Shown: in pieces, positions 17,147-26,001 of the stretch
How positions within the stretch are numbered: the stretch's first letter is position 1
How the letters are laid out: every line of letters starts with the position of its first letter
Source of the DNA: Thermodesulfobacteriota bacterium
Lineage (GTDB): Bacteria > Desulfobacterota > Desulfomonilia > UBA1062
Direction of reading: 5' to 3'
Length of the DNA stretch: 56,518 nt
Assembly (NCBI GenBank): GCA_025454155.1
Contig: JALOOZ010000012.1
Coordinates: 1-56,518, forward strand
Position numbers and translations under genes: made by a program
Notes under the pieces: model-generated
Told to the model about the DNA's origin: nothing
Seen by the model: only the letters and a program-made list of their open reading frames with translations
Database searches by the model: none

Positions 17147-17175
17147 ATAATAAGGTTGAACGTGCAGGCTTTCAA
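17147..17175 (-). promoter_or_regulatory. Candidate sigma70 promoter of the OmpA-lipoprotein gene (TTGAAA-17-TATTAT)
   Basis: On the minus strand, TTGAAA (17170-17175), a 17-nt spacer and TATTAT (17147-17152). This lies about 80 nt upstream of ATG 17067. Confidence 0.45.
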
Positions 17176-17198
17176 GAGGTTTTCTCTTTATCACCCCT

Positions 17199-17795
17199 TC
17201 AGGAACCCGGCAAGGAAAAGGATGAAAATTCCCTGATGATGTCCCCCTGCACCTCATGACGCTCCCTGCTCGTGTCTATGATGCGATGACGCCCGTCGCC
17301 GGCAATGCTGAGGAATGCGTCCCTCAGTCTCCTGTGGTAGTCGATACCCCTCAGCTCGAAACGATCCCCCGGTTTTATCCTGCTCAATGCAAGCTCGGGA
17401 ATCACGTCCATGACAAAGGTCAGGTCGGGTTGGATCCAGGTCCCGCTCATTTCCATGATCGACCTGACCTTTTCCAGCCCAAGCCCTCCCACGATACCCT
17501 GGTAGACGAGGGTTGAGTCGATGAACCGGTCGATGATGATGATCATGCCGGAAGCGAGACCCGGCTCGATGATCTCGCTGATGTTCTGCCGCCTGGATGC
17601 CAGGACCATCATGAGCTCGGTCATGACATCCATCTCTCTGTTCAGAAAGAGACCGCGTATCTCCTCGGAAAGGGAGGAGCCGCCGGGCTCCCTGAAGGAG
17701 AGCCACGGCAGCCCCTTGCTTGTCAGAAAGGAACCGAGGTGGGCTGCATTGGTCGTCTTGCCCGCCCCCTCACCCCCTTCGAAGGTTATAATCAC
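17199..17795 (-). CDS. tmk: dTMP (thymidylate) kinase
   Basis: ORF 17199-17939. The conserved N-terminus begins at GTG 17795 (VIITFEGGEGAGKTT...), which overlaps the ppdK TGA stop (GTGA). It also has ...REPGGS... and ...DRFIDSTLVYQG... Confidence 0.88.
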   Translation of the reverse strand: MIITFEGGEGAGKTTNAAHLGSFLTSKGLPWLSFREPGGSSLSEEIRGLFLNREMDVMTELMMVLASRRQNISEIIEPGLASGMIIIIDRFIDSTLVYQGIVGGLGLEKVRSIMEMSGTWIQPDLTFVMDVIPELALSRIKPGDRFELRGIDYHRRLRDAFLSIAGDGRHRIIDTSRERHEVQGDIIREFSSFSLPGS

Positions 17796-20420
17796 TTCTT
17801 TTTCTTCTCGTCTTTGAGGGCTGCATGGGCGGCGGCCAGCCGGGCTATGGGCACACGGAAGGGTGAGCAGCTCACGTAGTTCATCCCCGCCTGGTGGCAG
17901 AACTCGATGGAGGAAGGCTCGCCTCCGTGCTCCCCGCAAATGCCGACCTTGAGTTTCTTCCGGGTCTTTCTGCCCTTTTCTATGCCGATGCGCACCAGTT
18001 CACCCACTCCCTCGGTGTCCAGGGCCATGAAGGGGTCCTTGGGAAGGATCTTCTTCTCCACATAGTCCGGGAGGAACTTGCCCGCGTCGTCTCGGGACAG
18101 GCCGAAGGTAGTCTGGGTCAGGTCGTTGGTGCCGAACGAGAAGAACTCGGCCTGCTCGGCGATCTTGTCCGCGGTTACGGCCGCCCTGGGAAGCTCGATC
18201 ATGGTCCCGACCATGTAGCTCAGCTTCACGCCGGAGGCCTTGATGATCTCATCCGCCACCTCGACGGTCATTCTCCTCAGCGCGGCGAGCTCGTTCACAT
18301 GACCCACGAGCGGGATCATGATCTCCGGCTCCACATCAACCTTTTCCTTCTTTACCTCGCAGGCGGCCTCGACAATGGCGCGCACCTGCATCTCATAGAT
18401 CTCCGGGAAGGTGATGCCCAGCCTGCAGCCGCGGTGGCCCAGCATGGGGTTGGCCTCGTGCAGCGCATTCCTCTTGGCCCTGACCTCTGCCACGGGTGTC
18501 TTGAGGGCCTTCGCCACATCGGCGAGCTCGGCCTCGGTGTGGGGCAGGAACTCGTGCAGCGGGGGGTCCAGGAGACGGATGGTGACCGGCAGCCCGTTCA
18601 TGACCCTGAAGATCTCCTTGAAATCGCCCTTCTGCATGGGCTTGATCTTGTCCAAGGCCCTCCTGCGGCCCTTCTCGTCGTTGGCCAGGATCATTTCGCG
18701 CACCGCCAGGATGCGGTCGGCCTCGAAGAACATGTGCTCGGTGCGGCACAAACCGATGCCTTCGGCGCCGAACTCTCGGGCGACCTGAGCGTCCTTGGGC
18801 GTATCCGCATTGGTGCGGACCCCCAGCCTGCGGTATTCGTCAGCCCATTTCATGAGCGTGCCGAAGGCACCCGAAAGCGAGGGCGGTGTGGTCCTGCACT
18901 CGCCCAGGATCACCTCTCCCCTGGTTCCGTCCAGGGAGATGAAGTCTCCCCTCTTGACGGTCTGGCCGCCCAGGGTGAACTTCTGCCTGGCATAGTCCAC
19001 GGTGAGGTCCTGAACACCGGAAACGCAGCACTTGCCCATGCCCCGGGCCACGACTGCCGCGTGGGACGTCATGCCGCCTCTGGCCGTGAGGATTCCCTGT
19101 GCCACGTTCATGCCGTGGATGTCTTCCGGCGAGGTCTCGACGCGGACCAGGATCACCTTCATGCCCTTCTTCGCCTCGACCTCGGCGTCCTCTGCGGAGA
19201 AGACCACCCTGCCCACGCTTGGCCTTGGGGTCGATCTGCGGGTGGAGGAGCTGGTCGATCTGGTCCGGGTTGACCCGCTGCACCGCCTCCTTCTTGGTGA
19301 TGAGGCCTTCGTTCACCATGTCCACCGCGATGTGGACGGCTGCAGCCGCGGTACGCTTGCCGGTCCTGGTCTGGAGCATCCAGAGGTTACCCTCCTGGAC
19401 GGTGAATTCGATGTCCTGCATGTCGCGGTAGTGCTCCTCGAGGTTTTCATAGATCTCCACGAGCTGGTCATACTGCTCGGGCAGGGCCTCCTCCATGGAG
19501 ACGTCGGTCTTGCTCCTCTTTCCCTTGATGTTGATGGGCTGCGGGGTGCGTATGCCGGCGACTACGTCTTCACCCTGTGCGTTCTTGAGGTACTCGCCGT
19601 AGAAGACATGCTCTCCGGTGGCAGGGTCGCGGGTGAAGGCAACGCCGGTGGCGGAACCTTCTCCCATGTTGCCGAAGACCATGGCCTGGACGTTCACGGC
19701 GGTGCCCCATTCGTCGGGGATGGAGTTCAGCTTGCGGTAGGTTATGGCTCGCGGGGTATTCCATGACTTGAAGACCGCCTCGATGCCTCCCCAGATCTGC
19801 TCCATGGGATCGGTGGGCAGGGCGGTGCCGGTGAGCTTCTTGACCTTGTCCTTCATGGTCGCCACCAGCTTCTTCAGGTCCTTGGCATCCAACTCGGTAT
19901 CGAGCTTCACACCCTTTCTTTTCTTCGCCTTCTCGAGCTCCTCCTCGAGTTCGTCATAATCGGCTCCCATGACCACCTCTCCGTACATCTGGATGAAGCG
20001 GCGGTAGCAGTCCCATGCAAAGCGCTCGTTGCCGCTCATCTTGATGAGCCCTTGCACGGTCTCGTCATTGATGCCCAGGTTCAGCACCGTATCCATCATG
20101 CCCGGCATGGATGCCCTTGCGCCCGACCGCACGGAAAAGAGAAGCGGCGCCTCGGCATCCCCGAAACCGAGACCCATGGCCCGCTCCACCTTCTTGATGG
20201 CCTCTTTCACCTGGGTCATCAGATCTTTGGACAGTCCCCTTGTCTCGTAATAAACCGAACACACCTCGGTAGAGATGGTAAACCCCGGAGGTACCGGGAT
20301 CCCCAGGTTGGTCATTTCCGCGAGGTTTGCCCCCTTTCCTCCCAGGATGGCCTTCATGTCTGCGTTGCCCTCAGCCTTGGTGCCCCTGCCCCCAAAGAGA
20401 TACACGAATTTTTTTGCCAT
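17792..20420 (-). pseudogene. ppdK: Pyruvate, phosphate dikinase, with the reading frame broken near 19216/19217
   Basis: Two overlapping ORFs in different frames. ORF 18840-20420 ([11 protein letters not shown]...[12 protein letters not shown]...) reads as PPDK up to ...[11 protein letters not shown] and then becomes non-homologous. ORF 17792-19216 starts at (V)[11 protein letters not shown]...[25 protein letters not shown] (catalytic His loop) and runs to the C-terminus. The conserved linker (about 16 aa, ...GLPASPGAA...) expected between the two parts is absent. Confidence 0.8.
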
Positions 20421-20563
20421 TCTATTCTCCCTCTTCTCAGATACTGGTGATCAGGTTGAAGCTGGCAAACGATAGTATAAAGGCGGAGTTCTGTTCAAGA
20501 GAAAAATGGCGCTCCCGGCTTGTCCGTACCTGGTGCCACCATCAAAGGGGCGACCGGTGCGGA

Positions 20564-21904
20564 CTAGTGCTCGGCGTTCAGGACGGACCTCGCCGCAATG
20601 ATGCCTGAGCAGCTTGCCTGGATGAGGCCCCGGGTGATGCCTGCGCCGTCTCCGATGACGTAGAGCCCCTCGATCTGCGAGCCCAGGTGCCTGTCGAGCC
20701 TGATCCTGTTGGAGTAGAACTTGACCTCGATGCCATACAGGAGCGTGTGGGCAGAATTCACACCTGGGGCAATACGGTCGAGCCCCGCGAGCATCTCCAC
20801 GATATCGGTGAGAATCCGGTACGGGAGGCAGTAGCTGAGGTCGCCAGGGGTCGCATGCCTCAGGGTGGAGCGGGTGGTGCATTTCTGGAGCCTGCCGTGG
20901 GTGGTTCTCCTGCCGCTCAGGAGGTCTCCCAGCCTCTGCACGATGACGCCCTTGCCCAGCATGTTGGCTAGTCTCGCCACCGATTCCCCATATCCGATGG
21001 GATCATCGAAGGGTTCGGTGAAGTTCGCGCTTACCAGGAGGGCAAAATTGGTGTTCTCCGTACGTTTGTTGGCCCAGGAGTGGCCGTTGACCGTGACGAT
21101 GTCTCCCAGGGTCTCGATGACCACCTCGCCATAGGGATTCATGCAGAAGGTCCTCACCTTATCGTCGAAGGTCCTCGAATAGTGGATGTATTTGGTCTCG
21201 TAAGCCTTGCTGGTGAGGTGTTCCATGACAGCGGCGGGGAGTTCCACCCGCACCCCCAGGTCCACCGGGTTCGGGTGGGTCTCGAGGCCGAGCTTTTTCG
21301 CCTGGGAGGACATCCATGCAGACCCCACCCGGCCAGGAGCGGCGATGACGCAGGGTGCGCCGATGACGGTTCCGTCACCCAGCTCCACCCCCTTGACCTT
21401 CCCTCCTTCGTGGAGGATTTCCCTCACCTGCATGTTGCAGACCACGCGCACCTTGTCATCGAGTTCGTGCCTGAGCTTTTCGAGCATGACCAGGAGATTC
21501 TCGGTGCCGATGTGACGGACCTTGGTGGGCACATAGACCAGGCCTGCCAGCCGTGCCTGGGCTGTCATGGATTCGGCGTCATCGCTCTCGACGGAGAAGA
21601 GGTCGCCCGCCGGGGCATAACGGGTATAGAGCTCGTCCACGTGTTCCAGGAGCCGGAGCAGCTCTTCATCGGGTATCAAGCTCGACAGCTGTCCGCCCAC
21701 ATCGGTGGAGATGGTGAGCTTGCCGTCGCTGTATGCGCCTGCACCCCCCCAGCCGATGAGCATCTCCTTGCCGGTCCTCGATCTGGCATGGATGTCGTTG
21801 CCCTGTTCGACCAGGACGATCTCGAGGGATGGATCGCTCCCGGCAAGCTCCCGGGCCGCGAAGATGCCTGCAGGGCCCGCGCCGATGATGATGATATCAG
21901 CCAT
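20564..21904 (-). CDS. FAD-dependent oxidoreductase (COG2509-like uncharacterised FAD protein)
   Basis: 446 aa with the N-terminal dinucleotide fold MADIIIIGAGPAGIFAARELAG and the C-terminal ...GLYVIGDGAGITRGLIQASCSG... Confidence 0.75.
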   Translation of the reverse strand: MADIIIIGAGPAGIFAARELAGSDPSLEIVLVEQGNDIHARSRTGKEMLIGWGGAGAYSDGKLTISTDVGGQLSSLIPDEELLRLLEHVDELYTRYAPAGDLFSVESDDAESMTAQARLAGLVYVPTKVRHIGTENLLVMLEKLRHELDDKVRVVCNMQVREILHEGGKVKGVELGDGTVIGAPCVIAAPGRVGSAWMSSQAKKLGLETHPNPVDLGVRVELPAAVMEHLTSKAYETKYIHYSRTFDDKVRTFCMNPYGEVVIETLGDIVTVNGHSWANKRTENTNFALLVSANFTEPFDDPIGYGESVARLANMLGKGVIVQRLGDLLSGRRTTHGRLQKCTTRSTLRHATPGDLSYCLPYRILTDIVEMLAGLDRIAPGVNSAHTLLYGIEVKFYSNRIRLDRHLGSQIEGLYVIGDGAGITRGLIQASCSGIIAARSVLNAEH

Positions 21905-23021
21905 ACGTGGATCTCCTCCGTGTTATAAGGATGAGGCCTGCTCCAAGGGCCGCGAGGTCTGTCGACCAGGCGGCAAGGGCTGGAGGGATATACCCGGACA
22001 TCCCTGCGCCCGCCATGGCCGAATGGACGGCCCAGTAAGCCAGGCCAAGGATCAATCCGATGGATATGCCGCGTGCTATCCCGCCTGCCCTGGGGAACCG
22101 GAGACCGAAGGGCAGCACCAGCAGGGTCATGATGAGAGGTGCCAAGGCAAAACTGATGCGGCTGTGGATCTGGGTATCGAGGTTGACTGACCTTATCCCG
22201 CTCTCAAGCAGGTGCCTGCGGTATTCCATGAGTTCGGCCAGGGTGAGAATGTCGGCGCCTGGCTGGGCTATGGCCAGGTCGGAAGGGGGGTGTGTGAGAG
22301 GCAGGCTTGATCCGCCGCGTTCCACAGCGATACCTCCGGCTGCGAAACGCATGGTATCCATGTCCCTGGAATACCATTCATGCCCGTTCCATGCTGCAGC
22401 TTGGGCTCGCAGGATGGTCGCGATCCTTCCACCGCTGATCCTGTAGCAGACGATATCACGCATGATCCCGTGTGCGATGTCGATATGCTGTATGTGATAG
22501 ATGTCGCCTCCGATCTTGAACCTCCCGCCATGTACGGAAAAGGACCCCTGGACACCCCTCTTCTTGATGGACACCTGCTCGATCTTCTCCGCCTGCCTCT
22601 GCGCCAGGGGGTAGATCGAAAAGGAAAGGGCGGACATGATCACGACTGCGGCAAGGCCGACGGCCACATAGGGTATCGAAAGCCTCCAGAATGAGACCGA
22701 GCAGGCCTGCATGGCAATGGTCTCTACATGACGGGAGAAAGAGGCCTGGGCGGCTATGATGCCCACACACACGGAAAAGGGGAGCACCCAGTGGATTATC
22801 TGGGGCGTGGAATAGAGCATATAGAGGGCTACGACCGATCCGCCGGCATCGTATTCGGTGAAGAGGCCGAGATTTCCCAGGAACACCGAGGCGAAGACCA
22901 GCAGGGAAAGGCTGATCCATGCAGCGGTGCACATGACGGCGGCCTTGGTGAAGATGTATCTGCTTAAGGTGTCCGTACCCGGCCTCCCCTTCTCTGCGCT
23001 CCCCAGGAGCGCCAACCCCAC
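21897..23021 (-). CDS. lptG: LPS export ABC permease LptG (YjgP/YjgQ family)
   Basis: ORF 21897-23063. It has ...LSRYIFTKAAVM... near the N-terminus, six TM segments and a periplasmic beta-jellyroll insert. The start is uncertain: GTG 23021, TTG 23015 or ATG 23063. It overlaps the lptF 3' end. Confidence 0.72.
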   Translation of the reverse strand: MGLALLGSAEKGRPGTDTLSRYIFTKAAVMCTAAWISLSLLVFASVFLGNLGLFTEYDAGGSVVALYMLYSTPQIIHWVLPFSVCVGIIAAQASFSRHVETIAMQACSVSFWRLSIPYVAVGLAAVVIMSALSFSIYPLAQRQAEKIEQVSIKKRGVQGSFSVHGGRFKIGGDIYHIQHIDIAHGIMRDIVCYRISGGRIATILRAQAAAWNGHEWYSRDMDTMRFAAGGIAVERGGSSLPLTHPPSDLAIAQPGADILTLAELMEYRRHLLESGIRSVNLDTQIHSRISFALAPLIMTLLVLPFGLRFPRAGGIARGISIGLILGLAYWAVHSAMAGAGMSGYIPPALAAWSTDLAALGAGLILITRRRSTYG

Positions 23022-24034
23022 ACGAGTGCGAGCGATGCGGCAAAGACCATGTTCGGGAGCCATGCCCCGAGGACAGGCTCCATGGCCCCCACCTTGACCA
23101 GACGATCTGCGAAGACGAAGGTCAAGTAGTATCCGAGAACCGTGCCTATTCCGATGATGAAGCCGGTGAACCGGGGAGATCGGGGCTTCTGGATGCCGAA
23201 GGTCATGCCGATCAATCCCAGGACCAGGTTGAAGACCGGAAAGGAAAGACGGTTGTGATATTCCTTGATCCTCTTCGGGGTGGGTTTGTCCTGGATGAGC
23301 CTCCTGAATTCAGGCTGGGTGGCCGTGTCGTAGGACTTGATGCGGAGCTGGGATGTTAAATCGGCCTCGAGGGTGAAGACGTACTCGTCGAAGGTGAGAA
23401 AGCGGTCCGTCTGCCTCGTGCTCATGAAAACGCTGCCGTTCTTCAGCCGCATGGTGATGGCCCCTCTCGCAGCGTCTATGGTCCCGCTCTCGGAGGTTAT
23501 CACCGCATCTTCCCGGCCGGAGGTCTCGATATAGATCCCTTTCATCTGCCTTTGTTTCTGGTTCACGGCCTCCACATACACGACGATATCCTTGAAGGTG
23601 TCGTTGAACTCTCTTTCCTCCAGGAATGCAAGGATCTTCTTGGGAGCCTCTTTCACCAGGTCGGACTGGATCTTCTTCATGGAGAGGGGCCCGAGATAGG
23701 TGGAAACCGAGGCATGCACGAGGAGACAGGCCACAGCGAGCAGAAGGATCGGCGTGTAGATCGTTGCTGATCGAACGCCGCATGCCTTCATGGCAATGAT
23801 CTCGGACTCCACGGAGAGCCTTTCCAGGACGAGGAGGATGGAAAAGAGCAGGCTCATGGGGATTACGAAGGCCGACATGGGAACCATGGCCAGCAGCAGG
23901 ATGTCGATGTCCCTGAAGGAAACCGCCCGGCCGATGCGGATCCACTGTACGATGAACATAACGGAGTAGAGCACGGCAAGGGTGCCGGAAAAGACCTCCA
24001 TGAGATGTGCGAAGATATAGCCCCTGATCCTCAT
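22964..24034 (-). CDS. lptF: LPS export ABC permease LptF (YjgP/YjgQ family)
   Basis: ORF 22964-24100. The start is set at MRIRGYIFAHLMEVFSGTLAVLY (typical family N-terminus) and the TM/periplasmic-domain architecture fits. Confidence 0.75.
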   Translation of the reverse strand: MRIRGYIFAHLMEVFSGTLAVLYSVMFIVQWIRIGRAVSFRDIDILLLAMVPMSAFVIPMSLLFSILLVLERLSVESEIIAMKACGVRSATIYTPILLLAVACLLVHASVSTYLGPLSMKKIQSDLVKEAPKKILAFLEEREFNDTFKDIVVYVEAVNQKQRQMKGIYIETSGREDAVITSESGTIDAARGAITMRLKNGSVFMSTRQTDRFLTFDEYVFTLEADLTSQLRIKSYDTATQPEFRRLIQDKPTPKRIKEYHNRLSFPVFNLVLGLIGMTFGIQKPRSPRFTGFIIGIGTVLGYYLTFVFADRLVKVGAMEPVLGAWLPNMVFAASLALVWGWRSWGAQRRGGRVRTP

Positions 24035-24140
24035 AGTCGCGGTGATTATAGACAGGTGTACGGAAATTTGTCCACACCGGCCGTTTCCGTGCGGGGGCAA
24101 CCGTCTTCGCTCACGATTGACACTACCCCGAGAAGGCGCT

Positions 24141-24953
24141 ATGGTGTCATCTCAAATGAAGAGAATAGTTGCCTTTTTTCTCATTGCAGCCCTGGTTCTC
24201 ATCATGGGTGGCTGCGCCCACCGTTACACCGAAGAGGAGTTCATGGCTGTCAAGTCCGAGCTGGATGCGAACAGGCGGATGCATGAAGAATGCGGCGCCG
24301 AAAAGGCCCGGCTAGAAAACGACCTCAAGGATGCGCTCAGGAAGATTGAAAAGGCCTCTGACGACATCACAGCCGGTTATTCCAGCAAGCAGGATCTGCT
24401 GGACAGGAACATCGAGTGCATGGAAGAGAACAGGGCTCTCCTGAAGCAGGTCTCCAGGTTCAAGGTCATCACTCAGGAGCGCAAGGACGCCCAGTGGAGA
24501 TTGGACAAGGCCAACGACTATCTCGTCGGCTTCCTCAAGGCAGAGCGTATGAGCGATCAGCTCTACATCGTCAGGGTGGAGGATGCCGTCAAGGTCATCA
24601 TCCCGCAGCGGTCGCTTTTCCCCGTGCCCTCCAGTGCCTGGCTCATGCCCGGTGGGTCGACCCTGATAAAGAAGCTGGCCAAGGGGCTCAATGAACTCAA
24701 GCCGCTGGCCGTTGCAGTGGCCGGCCACACGGAGGGTCTCCCGATTACCAGGCAGATCATGAAGACATACCCCACGCAGTGGGATCTTGCCATGGCCCGG
24801 GCGTTGACGGTCCTCCTCTCCCTCGAGCATTCCGGGATCAACAGGGACAAGCTCTCGGCCGTTTCCTATGGGGACACGCGGCCCATAGCCGACACGAAAA
24901 CCGAGGAAGGCAGGGCCATGAACCGACGGGTGGAAATAGTCATCACCCCGTAA
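24141..24953 (+). CDS. OmpA/MotB-like lipoprotein with a coiled-coil N-region
   Basis: ORF 24042-24953. ATG 24141 follows gagaagg. It has a lipobox (FFLIAALVLIMGGC), a charged coiled-coil region and an OmpA_C-like end (...VAGHTEGLPI...MARALTVLLSL...NRRVEIVITP). Confidence 0.75.
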   Translation: MVSSQMKRIVAFFLIAALVLIMGGCAHRYTEEEFMAVKSELDANRRMHEECGAEKARLENDLKDALRKIEKASDDITAGYSSKQDLLDRNIECMEENRALLKQVSRFKVITQERKDAQWRLDKANDYLVGFLKAERMSDQLYIVRVEDAVKVIIPQRSLFPVPSSAWLMPGGSTLIKKLAKGLNELKPLAVAVAGHTEGLPITRQIMKTYPTQWDLAMARALTVLLSLEHSGINRDKLSAVSYGDTRPIADTKTEEGRAMNRRVEIVITP

Positions 24954-24968
24954 GCTACGGGGAGATTT

Positions 24969-25883
24969 TCAGCCGCTCCGGTCAGGCCTGCACGAGGAAA
25001 GGAAGCACCCGCCGCCGGTGGATCCCGGCGAAGTTTCTTGATCCTGCCCCCCGGCCGGGGGCTCCCCCTGGTTTTCAATCCACTCACTTCGGCCGGAGGA
25101 CCTGTTTCCCTGGGCGAGTCCTGTCTGTGCCTCCCTGAGAGAGAATACCCTGAAGCGGCCGAGCGTATATGTCGAGAAGCAGACGGTGCGGTCCATGGAC
25201 TGCACATCCTCGACAGGGAGCCACCGGTGACTTGTCTCGTCATAGCGCTCCACCGCCGGACAGGCCCCGTCGAAAGGCACCGATATGAGGGCAGGCCTCA
25301 TGAGGGTGAGGCCTCCGGGAACGACTTCGAAGGCAACCGGGGCGGACACGACCTGGGCAGATGATCGGTCGACATCGGTTCCGCCGGAACCGATCCCCAT
25401 GGGTAAAGAGCGTGTGGTGGCTCCCGGGGGGATCTCCACCAGGATGCCCAGGACGCTGTCCTCCAGGAGAAGCGAAGATCCGGGATTGTACGTCGTGATT
25501 TCGTAGAGGAGGTCGCCAAGGGAGAGGAAAAGCTCTCTGAACAGATCCAGGAGGAAGAACCCGCTCTCGGGTATGGTGGCGGCGACCTCCCGGGAGAAGG
25601 GACTCTCGTTTCCGGACAGGTCATAGGCGGTCACGGCGAAATGATAGGTGGCACCCTCCTCCAGACCGCTCACGTAGACCTGGGTTTTGCCGCCAACATT
25701 CAGGGAATAGTCGTATTCGCCGCGGGCGAGGCCGAAGTATACCTTATAACCCGACAGGTCCTGCTCGGAGTTCTGATCCCACCGGATGGACACCACGGCG
25801 GCGCATGGATCGTCCACGTGCACGCAGAGTGAGAACATGCATGCAAGTACAGCGGTATGGAGGCGGAACATGGAGATCCTCAT
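24969..25883 (-). CDS. Secreted fibronectin type III domain protein
   Basis: ORF 24969-25916. The start is set at MRISMFRLHTAVLACMFSLCVHV (signal peptide). An FN3 domain is present (IRWDQNSEQDLSGYKVYFGLARGEYDYSLNVGGKTQVYVSGLEEGATYHFAVTAYDLSGNESPFS). The remainder is unassigned. Confidence 0.6.
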   Translation of the reverse strand: MRISMFRLHTAVLACMFSLCVHVDDPCAAVVSIRWDQNSEQDLSGYKVYFGLARGEYDYSLNVGGKTQVYVSGLEEGATYHFAVTAYDLSGNESPFSREVAATIPESGFFLLDLFRELFLSLGDLLYEITTYNPGSSLLLEDSVLGILVEIPPGATTRSLPMGIGSGGTDVDRSSAQVVSAPVAFEVVPGGLTLMRPALISVPFDGACPAVERYDETSHRWLPVEDVQSMDRTVCFSTYTLGRFRVFSLREAQTGLAQGNRSSGRSEWIENQGEPPAGGQDQETSPGSTGGGCFLSSCRPDRSG

Positions 25884-26001
25884 AGTGCAATAGTAATGAA
25901 GTTTCACTACCAACAACAGCGAACATTATCCACCTGCAGGTCAACAGTCAACAGAGAATTGAAATCTCTCATCATTAGAAAGGGTTGCATGCCTCGGGCA
26001 G

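Noticed and set aside
19150-19280. Programmed ribosomal frameshift as the explanation for the two ppdK frames.
   Set aside because: No slippery heptamer is evident at the junction, and a conserved ~16-aa segment is missing altogether. Frameshifting alone cannot restore it, so a deletion or assembly error is more parsimonious.
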